Below are positions 38,004-51,425 of a DNA stretch of 64,000 nt, one piece after another (within the stretch, counting starts at the first letter, position 1; each line of letters begins with the position of its first letter). Origin of the DNA: Calcarisporiella thermophila CBS 279.70 (Eukaryota; Fungi; Calcarisporiellomycota); NCBI RefSeq assembly GCF_041956535.1, contig NW_027192219.1:134546-198545 (forward strand). The letters are read 5' to 3'. The notes under the pieces were generated by a model. That model saw only the letters and a program-made list of their open reading frames with translations. It was not told the origin of the DNA and did not search any database. Made by a program: the position numbers and the translations under genes.

Positions 38004-41000
38004 ATGTCGCGACATAGGAGTATTCGGAACATGGATATAAACTGTGAGTGTTTTTTATTTAAACAAACTCTGTGCTAACTTGTATGCTCAATATTTTTTT
38101 TAAATTTTTATTTGACCTCTTTTTGTGGCTAATTATATGCTTTTAGCTGTGTTGGAGGAGGAGGACATTTACTCGGAAGAAGAATATGAAAATGAGGGAG
38201 AAGGTAACCTCAAATTTGATTCGTGATTAATTTTATGGCAAGAGCAATAGTTGAGCATTTCAATAATATTCATTTAGGGGCTCCTGATCTCGATGATTTA
38301 ACTGAAGAAGAATATGGTATATACGTTGAATTTTTGAAAGGGTTTGGCAGCGCGTATAATCTATTCAATAGCTCAAATGCAGGACGGCATTGCCTATATT
38401 CAATCTATATTACCAGAGGATTCACATGTACCTGTGAAGGAAATTGAAGACACACTGTGGTATTATTATTTTGATAAAGAGCAATCGGCTAATTGGATAT
38501 TAGGTATTTTTTTTTCTTTTTGAAGTTTTTATATCTAACTCTATAATTGTTTATTAGACAAGCTTGAAAAGCAAAGTATTCAAACGCAAAAAAAGCAAGC
38601 TGATTCAAGAAGTAACAAAGGTGAGTGTTCATTTCTAATAGTAGACCCCTTTTTGAAAGATAAAGCTGGTGTGGGTGGGGCAATTTCGCACTAGTCGAAA
38701 TTTATTTTTCATAGTGATCATGAGGTTAGAATCATATTTGATTTCTCTATATTTATATGCAATTGACTTAAGGATCTGTTATTTAATCTACAGCTATATC
38801 TACCCATTTTTTTTCATAACTATAGGAGTATTTCCATTGGGCACCAATACCAAGTCTAATAAAAGGAAAGGCCTGCCTCTGAACCATCTGGCGTCGTACT
38901 GGCGTAATATAAAATGGGGTTGTGGTGGCTCAGACTTGATACCTATTTCATCTTATTCATCAAAATCCAGTGGAAGGCTTTTTAAAGGGGGATTGCTTGG
39001 AGGAGCTGATCATCCTCCTGGAAAGCGCATTACTCCCAGTCAGCTCGGATCCTCAAAGACCACACTTGCAGATCTAGCTAAATCTAGAGGATCACGCGCA
39101 AGCGGAAGTAGTCTTTTATCCTTTGCAACTAAAAAGCCTTCGCATAGTTCCGAATCCATCGCTAATGAATCATCTCTTATATCACACTCTTCTACATCAA
39201 GTGCTTCTCTTTCTTCGGCTTGTGCAAATTCGCCTTTTCGTAAGCCACTCACTTCGCTAGCAAGAACTGGGAATTCAGCCACAAGTGCAGCAAAATCTAC
39301 TACTGATAATATACCTCCTGCACCCACGGCTTCTAGAGAAAATCCATTGATGAATCCAAAATCCGCGAGCTTGAGAGATTTAACCGCGCGCTATGCTAAA
39401 AAGAGCACACCAATAGCATCCAAAGCAACTCCATTGACTTCAAATCCAGCTCAGCCAACGTTTGAGAGAAATAATTCTCATCACTCAGAAAATGCCACTG
39501 ATACTTCAACCTCTTCCCAACCATTATCCGATGACCCTCTTATTGCCCCACCCTCACACTTTGCGCAGTTTATTTTTAAAATGCTAGATGAAAATTGCCA
39601 GCAGCCTATGTCTTCTCATATTTTCTCTGACTACTTGACTCCGATCCATTTTTCGGTAGGTTCTGCACAAGGCTTTAATTTTGACAAGCCAAGTCCGGAT
39701 GATATTGTGGCAAAAGCGCAATGTCAACGGGGTGGAGCCAAAGGTAAATACTAAAAGACTAAAAAATTCCGAATTGATGAGATTTATACTACAAAATTTT
39801 CTGAACAGCATCCAAAACTGCACCTGTTGAATCGACTATCACTACCTCGGCTGCTAAAATAAACGCTAGATCAGCTGACGAGGATGAAATACTAGAAGTT
39901 GAAGATAGTCATGAAGATGAACAGCTTCAGTTTGATCTGGCAGCATTAGGACTTGGTGATCAATCCGTGACAAAGTCCATAAGTGTAAAACCTGTATCTA
40001 AATCATCTTCTAGTACCTCCGATGTTAAGTCATCTCTACCTCCGCCACCTCCCAAGGCCCCAAAGTTGAAAGAGCGTATCAATGTTCAGGAAGAATTCAA
40101 GAAGAGATCCGCGGAAAAAGAGAGCATGAATCTAGTGATAATCGGTATGTAATGCTTGATTTCACTCTAAATTAATGGATTTTTCTCAATTAACGATTTT
40201 TAAATGCACAATAGGTCACGTTGATGCTGGCAAAAGTACATTAATGGGACATCTGCTCTACTCTCTTGGAGAAGTGAGTGACAAGGCACTAAAAAAATTT
40301 GAGCGGGATAGCCAGCGCATTGGAAAGGGATCATTCGCCTTTGCTTGGGTACTTGATGAGACTGAAGAGGAACGGTCGCGGGGTATTACTATGGATGTTG
40401 CCATCAGTAAATTCGAAACTCCTCATCGGCGGTTCACTCTTTTGGACGCTCCTGGCCATCGCGATTTCGTTCCAAATATGATTTCAGGAGCTGCTCAAGC
40501 GGATGTCGCGATTTTAGTGGTGGATTCGGTGACCGGGGAGTTTGAAGCAGGGTTTGAGGGGAATGGTCAAACACGAGAACATGCCTTGCTTGTTAGAAGT
40601 CTAGGAGTTCAGCAAATGGTTATTGCAGTGAACAAATTGGATCTGGTGGGTTCCTTTTCATTACTTTAATCTGCTCCATTGCTATTTCCTAATTCTCCTT
40701 TCTTTTGCCCACGAAGATGGAATGGTCACAAGAGCGATACTTAGAGATATCTCAAAAACTTGGCAATTTCCTGATCCAAGCTGGTTTCAAAAAACAAAAG
40801 CTCACATTTATTCCTTGCAGTGGCCTAAAAGGCGAAAATCTCGTAAAACGTATAGATAGTGCACTTCGGGCATGGTACGATGGCCCAACTATAGTTGAGG
40901 CAATTGATCAGTTTGAACCTCCGGTGCGCGCGCTAGATAAACCTTTCCGACTCTCCGTGAATGATTTTTTCAAAGGAGGCATTGGCAGTACCAGTGGAGT

Positions 41001-41859
41001 CTCTGTAGCAGGCAGAATTGAAAGTGGCCATATCCAAGTAGGAGAGCAGGTAATGGTGGTGCCCGGCAACGAATATGGAATAGTGAAAGGTTTGAATGAA
41101 AGGCTTTAAGTACTTTTCCCCCTCTATTTAACTGGGATTACAGCATTAGAAGTCGGAGGAGAATCTGCCAAATGGGCTGCTGCCGGTGATACTATCTTAG
41201 TAACTTTAATTAATCTCGATATACTTCAACTAAGGTAATTTTGTTCAATATTTTCAGAATTTTTCTAATTGGCGTTAATTTACGGTATTTGCATTTAAGC
41301 ACCGGCTCCGTGCTCTGCTCACCTGAGCATCCTGTCCCATCCGTAACGAAATTTATTGCGCAGGTCGTGGTTTTCGATGTAAAGGTGCCAATAACAAAAG
41401 GATTTCCGGTATGTTTTCACTATTGAAATTCTTCTAGCAATTGTTTTTTGAATTCATTCGAATGAACACTTTGTTTAATAGGTCTTATTACACCAACAGA
41501 GTATGAACGAGCCTGCTACTATTTCCCGATTGATTTCAATACTCGATAAAACCAGCGGGGAAGTAATCAAAAAATCTCCAAGGTAAGAAAAGATAGCCCT
41601 ATGACTACTGACTCGTAGTTTAATTTTTTTCTTCCCAAAGGCATCTTTCTAAGTCAACCACGGCCACAATAGAGATTAATCTCAACCGGGCTATTCCTCT
41701 TGAGAATTTCAAGGAGAACAAAGAGCTTGGAAGGATTACGTTGCGCAAAGGGGGCGAAACCATTGCTGCTGGTGTTGTGATTGAGGTTGCTATTCTATTT
41801 AGAAGCTCGTTAATTTCAATAATCGCAACTAATTCTCTTGTTTATAGATATTTTCCTGA
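38004..41859 (+). CDS. HBS1: HBS1 translational GTPase with alternative Ski7-like segment
   Basis: MSRHR N-terminus, HBS1_N (DTLWYYYFD), PSPDD motif, [58 protein letters not shown]. Confidence 0.95.
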
Positions 41860-42420
41860 AGCTTAATATGCTGCCGTGAAATTTCTGCTTTGGATCCGCT
41901 TCTCTGCATTCAATGTAAAATAAATAAATAAAAAATAGAAATACTTTTCAACCTATGGATTCAGCGCTTATGCTGATGCTAAAGCCATTTAGTGAACCAT
42001 TTATATTCGACAACCTCGTATTTCAGCGGTGATAAGATATCAAAGTAAAACCAACACATTACACAAATTATCTACTTATATCCTGGCAAATTACAAAATG
42101 CATCATCCATCGATCTTTATGGTAACATAAAGTTGAAGATCTTAATCGTCCGCTACTACCAACTTGACACTGCTTCGTTTGTTCAAAGAGCTGCTAAACG
42201 GTATTATGTACAGATATATTGGTTAACACATTTTCGGTGTGTGCAAATTTGCTAATTTTCCCATTTTGGGCTGATTCTAGAGTGCTTTATATGGATTTTG
42301 CACATTACATTTGGATTCCCAAACTTGTCCTTTACCATTGAAACTTCGACTTCAAAACCCATCTCTGATCACTCTTATCTTGTGTCCATCTGAAATGCAA
42401 TTTAATTTACATCCAATTTA

Positions 42421-43788
42421 ATGGCCACGACAGAACTCCCATTAGAAAAAGGCCCATTTCCCGTCAATATTGGCCAATCCCTTCTTGAGCCCTCTAATTC
42501 CTCACCGTTTCTTTCCATTCGTTGTAAGTAATTTTAGTAGATTTCAATAGAATTCGCGTAATTAATTGTTCCCCGGTGCTTTTATTATATTAGATAATTT
42601 CAAGCCTGATTCAATAGACAGCACAAAAACTGGAGCACTGGAAACAGATGCCAAGGGCGATTTTGTCATCGAGCTCCCAAGTAATCAAGTAAAGTGGATT
42701 CATTATTTCCTTTTTTTGTGATTAGCGCTAAATTGCTTGTTTCTCGAGTAGGCTGGAGAGAATAGTCATAAGTTTGTCGGACAAGCGCAAGCAGCTAAAG
42801 AGATAGACTGTTTGCTAGTTTGGAATGAGGATTCACAAGTAATATTTTATTTTGCTGTGTTTAACACCCAGTATTCTTATTATGAAGTGCTATATTATCA
42901 ATTTCTAGAGCTTTACACTAGAGCGATTAGGCATCAATATTCCAGCTCGTCCCCTCCGCAAATCTGCAAAAAATGCAGAAAATACTTTCACACCTCTCCA
43001 AGGACCTTCTCCTTCCGCATCTACTATTGGCTCCCCGAGCACTACACTACTCTCACCTAATCCTGTGGAGGATGACTGGAATAATTTTGCTTCTGAACTC
43101 GAAGAAATCATGCAGGAGGATGATGAGAATGCAAAGGATGATGAGGCTGATACAGAGGCAGAAGATAATGCCCCTGGGCAAACATTCGAGCACTTCGAAG
43201 TGATTGACGAGCCTGCTACAAACAATGTACCTCCAGAAGCACCCATTAATAATTCTTCTGGATTATCCCTACCATTATCATCTGTGGCTTCCCCCCTCTC
43301 CTTGCCTTCTCATCCTCACGCTGGAAAACCGACGTCGCTTTCAGCTAAAATGCGCAAAAATGCTGATGACTCTACAGATAACTCAAGCGACAGTGAATCC
43401 TCGGACTCCTCTTCAGGCTCTTCATCAGGTTCTTCCTCAGGCTCATCCGATGACGACGACGATGATGGTCTATCGGATCTGGAATCTGAGTTGAATCAAA
43501 CTTTGTCTCAACCTGCAGTTGCGACCGATTCTGCTGCGGTGGTGAAGAAAGGTGCGGGGAAGAAGCAGCCTGAGGTAGGTGCATTGGGGGCTGGTTCTGG
43601 AGCAAGTGGTTCAGCACGAGGTGGCCCCATTTCATTGAATAAGTTCATGTCACGTAAGTCTTTTATCGTTTGAATGGCATTAATAGCACTTATGGATGTA
43701 AATCGTTTATGTAGAAGATGACGACGACGATGAAGAAGATAGAAGAGGAAGAGAGGAAGAGGATATCTCCTCGAGTGATGACGAGTAA
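42421..43788 (+). CDS. ELL-associated factor (EAF-domain) protein
   Basis: IR|YNFKPDSID..KEIDCLLVWNED..|FTLERL, followed by an acidic Ser-rich tail. Confidence 0.85.
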
Positions 43789-44629
43789 TGCGTAGTGTTT
43801 TAAACTGTTGCCTGTATATTACGAATATTTACCCAGAAAGAATGCTTATCCTTTTCATAAAAGAATTTTGTTTCTACATTCAGGATGTCCCCCCAAGATC
43901 ACTCTCTAAATCCTATTTGGAAATTCCCAAAATATTCATTTCGCACAGGCTACACAAACAACAACTTGTGAATTATGATCAATATTATTTTTTTTATTAA
44001 GATTTTACGGTTTGATGACGTCTACTCAGCACATCAAGTGGTGATCACTAGTATCTAAAGAGAAAAGGCTATTTTTCCTCTGCACAAGAAAGAAATAGTA
44101 CTATTAAAGAATTCCACATCGCGATCCCCGCGAATTCCCCACTTTATACTCTCCTCTATACTCTATCTACATACACGTTCATCTAAGGTAATTTCACCGT
44201 ATACATTCTGAGAAGTGTAGAAATTTTTTGGAAGCAGAGTTTCGAATCTAGAATCTATTGACATTATCATTTTTATTTTGGATTTCGTATTAATCTTATC
44301 TTTTTATTCCCTTCTAGATTTAATTATATTGGTATTTGATGCACCGTTTCTCTACTCCCCTACACCTAATTTAAAAATTGGCTTGCCCCTTAACTTAAGT
44401 ATTAAAATATCTGGTTTTTTATATTCTATTAACTCTGCTCCCATCATCCGGATGCTTACTTTTGCTCCGCTACTGATCATACTCGGCCCCTAAAGGGCCC
44501 TGTTAACCTTTTGGATTTCGTTTTTTGTGCAGTACTCTATACATCTTTACCCCCCTTCCGTATTGTTTTTTGTATATATATTTCGGCATCAATTCCCCAG
44601 AATTTCTCGTTTAAATATCTCCCAAGCCA

Positions 44630-47600
44630 ATGTCGGTTGTACCTATCGAATCCTCAATTAATACCGATGCGTCATCAACGGCCACCACTGTAAGCACATT
44701 TGTGTCCCCGTCTATCTCCGCCGCTGACACCTCAGACGATTCGTCGATGAGCGAAGGACAGACCGGCGAGCGAACAATGCCTACATCTACCACATCTGAT
44801 GCTCCTCCACGTCACAGTTTAACACCGGCAGATGTTGGGCAGCAAAGGCGAATAAGTTTGCCTGTGGATAGGAATGTTCACTTGGAGTACGCACCTGCAG
44901 GATTAGCCACTCATCAGCTTGCTGCGACGGGATTTGCCGAACCTTTGGCAATGCCTGGCGCGATTGTCGCCTCAGATTTTACTCCGCCGGAACAGAACAT
45001 TCAGGTTTCGCCCCCAATTCCAATATCAATAGCATCAGTATCTAAGCATCAACAGCAACAACGGGTGCTCTCTACCGGACTTGTTCAAGCAGGCGAGGAC
45101 CAAGCAGCCGCAGCCGTTGCGACAGTAGCTCTGCTAGGACAGACGTTGAGTGGACTTGGGCAATCGGTGGCTGCACCTGCTGTCATTATGGAGGATATCA
45201 AGGAGCCGCAATTACCAACGTCGAATGCTCTTTCTCCGCCAACCATCGCCCAAGGGATGCAGATCATGCTTGAGGCTTCAGCAGTCAATGCCCCGGATAA
45301 TGCGGTCCCCGCCGTCCCTAACATGCCCACAGCAGCACCACTCTCAACACCCCCTGCACCCGCTCAGCCTCTCATCCTCAATCCAACGATTGCAACAAAT
45401 CCAACCCTTACGGCGGCGGCCGTTGTCGCTGCCCAAAAGCAGATCGAGCAGATCATCTCCCAGCAGCATGAAAAAGCGAACGCGACGCCCCTTGATTCAG
45501 AGAGCAATAAATCTAGCGGGGGTGCCGTGGGGATTGAGCCGCAGGAGGAGCCGCAGCAGGCTGCTGCTTTAATCGCCTCCGCAAATGATGCAATTCTTCA
45601 GCAAGCAATAATCGAGTCGGCGCAAGTTGCAAATGCTGCAGTAGCGGCGGCAGCAGTTGTCCAAATGAACCTGGCTCAGCAGCTGGTAGAGGCGCCAGAG
45701 ACCTTGTCGCAGAGCACACTTGAACAGAGACAACATGAGATCCATCAAATGCTCACCAACGCTGCAAACGCACAGGCGGTATCAAATATGCTCTCTTCTG
45801 CTGCGGCAATGAACATGTTATCAGGGGGGGGGAATGCGCCTGCAGCGACCATGGCTGCCCTCTCTCAGACGGTTTTGCCTACGCCGACGGATAAATCTCC
45901 AACACAAGAGGTGATCACCCCATTAGATTCCTCTCCCTTTTTTTTTCTTCATTTCTCATTATCTTCTGGATATAGACAATACCGGGTGCGCCGTCTGATC
46001 ATGTGCAAACCGAATCCTCTGCTGTGCCAGAAGTCGTGGACATGGAGGGCATAATTCCTGGAAATGAACCAGCCAGCATTAACCAGAGGAACAGCAATCG
46101 GCCTACTCTCCCCCACCCACCCATTATTCCAGGAGCGGCCGACCCTGTGGCCCTCAATGAGCAACCAGCACAAACGCTTTTACTTCTGGCGTCTGCAGGG
46201 AATCGACTTGCAATGCAAGACAGTCGTGAAGTGATGAACAACACGCAATCACGACTACCCTCAGTACCGGCTTCCTCCCCTCTGACGTCCAAGCATGAAC
46301 ATCTAGCTGGCGGTAGTCGCGGAAATGACTCAATGAAAACAGAAGCGGTTAGCACCGATTCCTCGTCGAAGAACTCGCCAGCCGTGGAGGCTGCTAGCGA
46401 TGACGAAGATGAAGATCTCGAGGAGGTGGACGAGGTTGAGTCGAATACAGGAAAGAGGATATGTATGTGGAAAGGATGCCATAAGGAGCTTCCGAATATG
46501 GAGGCATTAATTAATCACCTAGCGGATGTCCACGTCGGCGGCGGCAAGGTAAGCAGCTGCTCGTATAGCTTGAGAGGATAGGCACGTGGAGCTGACTTGT
46601 TTTTTATAGCCGAAATATTTATGCGAATGGAGCGATTGTCCTAGAACGAACAAGCCGTTCAAGAAACGCCACAAAATGTTCAACCATCTACGCACGCATA
46701 CTGGAGAACGGCCGTTTGTCTGCCAGGTTTCTGGGTGTGGGAAAAGGTTCGCTCGCCCTGACTCTCTCAGTACACATATGAAGACCCACTCGACCGTGCG
46801 GCCTTTTGTGTGCTCCGTCGAAGGGTGTAGGAAAGCATACTACCATGCCCGTTCGCTGCGTAAGCACGAGCGGGTGCATGATCAACGACAGCAATCTGGT
46901 AATCAGCAACAGCAACCGCAACAGCAGCAGTGCAACGGGCGACTAAGCTATTCTCAGACCTATTCACCCTATCCAACGACACGGCCTTATGCCAATTCGG
47001 CTGCATCAGCGGCCCAGTCAACACCCCTATTCTCCCCCACCTCGATACGGCCACCACCCGCTGCCGGAATGGTCACGACAATGCACCCGTCCCATTCTCC
47101 TCACACTTCTCCTTCCCCTCTCTCAACTGCAAGCATCCCCTCACCAATGCATGTGCCGGCTTCCTCCGCCTCCAGTAGTGGCCCAAGCCCAAAATTGCCC
47201 ATTCCTCCCTCGCCGACTGCAGGCCTCCCTTTCTCCCACTCGGTGCCCGCGGTTTACCCTTCACACAGCCCAGTGGTGGCCATGCCCTACGGAGTTTTGC
47301 CAAGCCTGCGGCCTGCAGAGGCGGCCGTCGCGGCCGTCGCGGCTGCCGCCGTGGCAGATGGATATGGACGAATATTCACCAGACTTCCGCCTCTGCCTAT
47401 GGGGCCGCCCATGGGCGGGATGTTGCCCTCTGCAACCCATCCTCACAAATATGTCCTCCCAACCCCTCCCATGGTTCCCGCTGGGCCCTATTTCCCCACC
47501 GCCCCCTCCTACACCCCTACCACGCTGCCGCCGGCATTTCTCCCAAGGCCTCCCAATATACCACCCTCCCCTATCTCCATTTCCTCTCCATCCGGCCATG

Positions 47601-47791
47601 TGATGCACCCTGGCTCAGTCTCGCACGCACCGCGGCTACCACCCCCCATCACAAATATGATGAACCACTCGATTGGAAGCGGTGGCCCGCTGGGATCTTC
47701 GGAGCCACCACCCTCTCATCAACCGACCCAGGCTCAGCCTCCGGGCTCATTGCCCACGAACACCGGGCTGTTCAAAACGAATCCAAAATAA
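44630..47791 (+). CDS. GLI/GLIS/Zic-like four-finger C2H2 transcription factor
   Basis: [51 protein letters not shown]; long A/Q/P-rich flanks; two introns. Confidence 0.9.
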
Positions 47792-48480
47792 GGTTGCCAT
47801 GGGTGGAGGGGGGGGAGGGGGAGGATTAGTTAGGACTCCAATGTCTGCTGTAATATTTATTCATCTCTAAATATTATTTTTATTTTCCTTTACACCAAGA
47901 AACAAAGAGGGGAAGAAGGAGGGAAGTTGCCTCCCATTTGATGGAGCGCTGAGATGGGGAGATGGCGGCTGGTTAGCTCTTTTTGTACTGCTGGGTCTTT
48001 ATTTTTCTTTATTCTATTGTTCGAGTGTTTTTAATTTTCTTCGTCATGGAAAAAAAATTTTTTTTCTCTTCTTTCTTACTTTATGCCTGAAATTGTTCTC
48101 CTCTATTTGTAAACGGCAGAAAAAGCAACCTATTTGTTTTTTTGTTTCAATCGTTTACTTTCATATTCTTTTTTTTTTTTTGGAAGAAAAAAGATACCTC
48201 TTGAGTGTTATTTTTTTTATTCTTTTTTCTTGACTTATTTTTATATTTTTAGGATGATTTCCGTTATTATTCCTTTTTGATATTTCTATTTCTCACCCTA
48301 TAATTGTCTGTAAATAAAAATTTACTTCCTCTTGAAATGTAAAGAGCCGATATTAGCTAGATATCATTAGGTGAAAACGAAAAAGAAGAAACAATAATCA
48401 TACACACAGGGACGTGGAATGGCCTGAGATTTTGGGTGAGATTCGAGGGAATCCTAGTATTGATCCGCCGCCCTCGTCAT

Positions 48481-49753
48481 CTAAAACTCCTCCTCCAGCT
48501 TCAACTCAAAGGGCTGCACGTTAAACCGGGTGGCAAAATCCAGTTCGTCGTGACGCGAGTATCGCGAGAATCCCCTATCATGATCTCGGGGCGCAGGCGA
48601 GTAGGGATCGCGAGGGTCGTCCGTGTCCTCGCTTTCATCGCCCTCGCCAGAGCTCCGAACAAGATCCAAAGAGCTCTCGGGAGAGGATGGCTTATGTGCG
48701 CGCGCCTCCGCTCCCTCCCCATCCACCCTCCTTGAACTCTCCTCTCTGCTTGATTGCACATCACTCGATGGCTTATCCTGACGCCAGATCCTTTCTGCAC
48801 TCAGCTCCGGCCTATAGGATTTCATCGCCGCAGCTGCTCTTTCATGTTTTGAGTGCTCTCCGCTGAGGTTGTCCTCCTCATCATGACTACTGTCGTCCTC
48901 CAGGGCTTCTCTCCTTCGTCGCCACTTTCTCCTGTTCCGTAGCATGGGTGCCAGAACATAGTCCAGGAGTAATAGCGAGCCCTTGGAAACATCATTCTGG
49001 AGCCAAAAAAGGGCGACGAGTTTATAGATAGGGTAGGCAGGGAAGAGGCTGTGGATACGGTGAGCACAGGTGTCGAATACTGGACACAGTCACATGAAGG
49101 AGGGGAAATCAATAGATAAGCATTAGACCATGGTTATCGGATATGTGAGCAGGAACATGGGTAGAAAATAGCAAAACAAGCTCGGCATTCTAGGAGAGAG
49201 GTGAGAAATAGGACTTACACTGTAGTACTCCGTACATAATCCAATAGCAGAGCCATCGTCTCATTTCCTTTCTCCGTTTGGCCTCCTCTTTTCTTTTTTT
49301 CGCGTCATTCTCCTTTCCACTATCTTCTTCTTCTGGGATATAATCGCTCTCCTTCAAGGCTCGCAAGCTTCCCAGCAGAGGCCATAGCACTCCCACTCCA
49401 ACGGCCAGTTCTTTATACCGTTTCCGATACATCCAAGTCCAGCCCCATCCCGCAGACCCAGCGACCACCAGAAATAATAGGGATGGGGGAACGCCGCATC
49501 TTATGAAGAGACGATAAATGTAGCGGCGGTTTAAAAAATGCTCGTAAACGGCGAGGCGATCGATAAGTGCTTGTCGTAGGAATGTGTCAGTTATTGGAGT
49601 GATGTTGAAGGGTGCAGAATCCTCTAGAGAGACGAGTAGTTTATCGAGAAGTTGTGTGAGCAATCGCCTTGATTTCTTTGGCTGAGCGGGTTTAGGCGAA
49701 GACGCAGATTGTGAAGAGGGAGGCAGAGGGGATTCGATTAGAGACTGCGACAT
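48481..49753 (-). CDS. TB2/DP1/HVA22 (REEP/Yop1-family) membrane protein
   Basis: LWPLLGSLRAL..RRWLCYWIMYGVLQ|LFD..FPAYPIYKLVALFWL..KGS; charged tail. Confidence 0.8.
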
Positions 49754-50177
49754 GATGTTCTTCGCGTCCGTATTAAAAATAAGGATGATAACTCTAGCGA
49801 TTGTCGCAAGTCAAAGGATATCGCTAGTATACACAGAGCCTAGAGTTGAATGAGCGTGATGCGTGGAGATTGAGTAGCGGCCGCAGTAATAGATATAAAA
49901 AAACAATAAACTACAATATGAAACAAGGTAGATGGGCCATCACATGTCGAAGGATGAATGGGACTTGTTGAGGACAGCCTAATTTTCCGATGCTTCGATT
50001 ACTATTGATTTTACTTTCTGGAATATAGAATCCAAGGATTTGTGAAAAGTTCCCTCCAAAAAAGAACTAGGAATAAGGATCAATCGTTGATAGCAACAAT
50101 AAAACAAATAAACTGAACATGCTTAATGAAGTATATGAAAATGAGCCCCCTATTTTTTGTGAACATCAGCACAAACT

Positions 50178-50222
50178 AATCCCGATAAGTAATCCCAAAA
50201 AGCAACCCCGATAAGCAATCCC
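50178..50222. repeat. 13-bp imperfect tandem repeat x3.5
   Basis: AATCCCGATAAGT AATCCCAAAAAGC AACCCCGATAAGC AATCCC. Confidence 0.75.
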
Positions 50223-50387
50223 AATTAAAGACTTGATGGAGTAGAAATAAGAGTATAGTAGAGGTGGATAGCACATGGTAACAGAATAGAAAGGAAAAGA
50301 GCGGACTGGAAGTGGTATGTGGTATTATAGGATTACACGTACTTACATGGATAAGAAGAATTAAGGGGAGGCGGGGGGGGGGGTTGT

Positions 50388-51425
50388 CTAGTGCGAATTT
50401 TTTCCAAAGATGCTTGCCAGAGATAATTTACGTGTTCTACCTGCTCTAGAATGGGTATATGTGGGTGTGGTCTCCTCGGTGGGCGTGCTTGCCTGCACAA
50501 ACACTCTCGGCGTGGTCACCGACTGTCTCTCCCGGTCCTCCAGCTCGCCTTCCATCTCGCCCAGCGGCCCTATCTCCGGCGGAGGGCGCTGTTGCTGCGG
50601 CGACAAAGTCAGGTGGATGTTCCGTCTTTCGCTAAGCGAAGATGTCCCAAAGCTTGCGCCGTCCTTGCTCAGCGAGCGGTATTGGGGGCTTTCCACGGGC
50701 ATGATGGGCTTCTCGATGGCAACTCTGGTGCGCCGTTCGTGGTCGCCATGTTTATCGGCGACCATGTTCTCGCCCGCGTCGTCGCGCGCTCGCTCTGGAA
50801 CAGAGCTCAGCGAGGTCGCGCTCAAACTGGTCTCGCTCCCCGCGCTGCTTCCTCTCCTCCACCCCGTGCTATCGGATCCCCATCCCCCCACAAGGGAGGC
50901 GCTCGACAGGTTCAATCTGTCCAACACCACGTCCACGATGTTTCTCTCCAGGCGCGGCCGTAGGCACGCAACCCATCCGTCGCGCTCTGCTTCCGTGCGG
51001 GCCTTGAAAACGTAGGTGCGCTCGTCGCTATTCTTAGGGTGGAGTTGGAAAGTGTGTAACGTGTCCGAGGATTTCACGTGAGAATTTTGCAGAGAACAGG
51101 TCGGCGAGGGGGAGCGCGAGGACGGAGCTGCGGTGACGGTACAATACCGAGTCAAGTCGATGGTGCCGGTCGGGCGGATATCGTACTAGCATGGGCATGA
51201 GAGGATGAGGGGGGATGCGGTGGGAGGGGGAAAGCAAAGATGGGGTACCTTATTTTTGTAGTATTTGAGCTCATAGCCGTCGAGGACGAACCAGCGCCGG
51301 TGCCATATCTTGAACGAATGCCTACTGAGCTTCAGCAGCCATCCCGCATCCTTCATCCCGCAGCCACTGCTACCACGGCGCAATGCTGGAGGGGCATTCA
51401 GCGAGTAGTCCGCTCGCGTCGCCAT
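50388..51425 (-). CDS. PH-domain protein
   Basis: GWLLKL..WHRRWFVL..LKYYK..PTGTIDL..TYVFKARTEAERDGWV; one intron. Confidence 0.88.

Noticed and set aside
50410-51015. Long antisense or alternate-frame ORFs (also 17962-18465, 46989-47603, 57609-58088)
   Set aside because: Shadows of GC-rich or low-complexity coding sequence, with no recognisable motifs.
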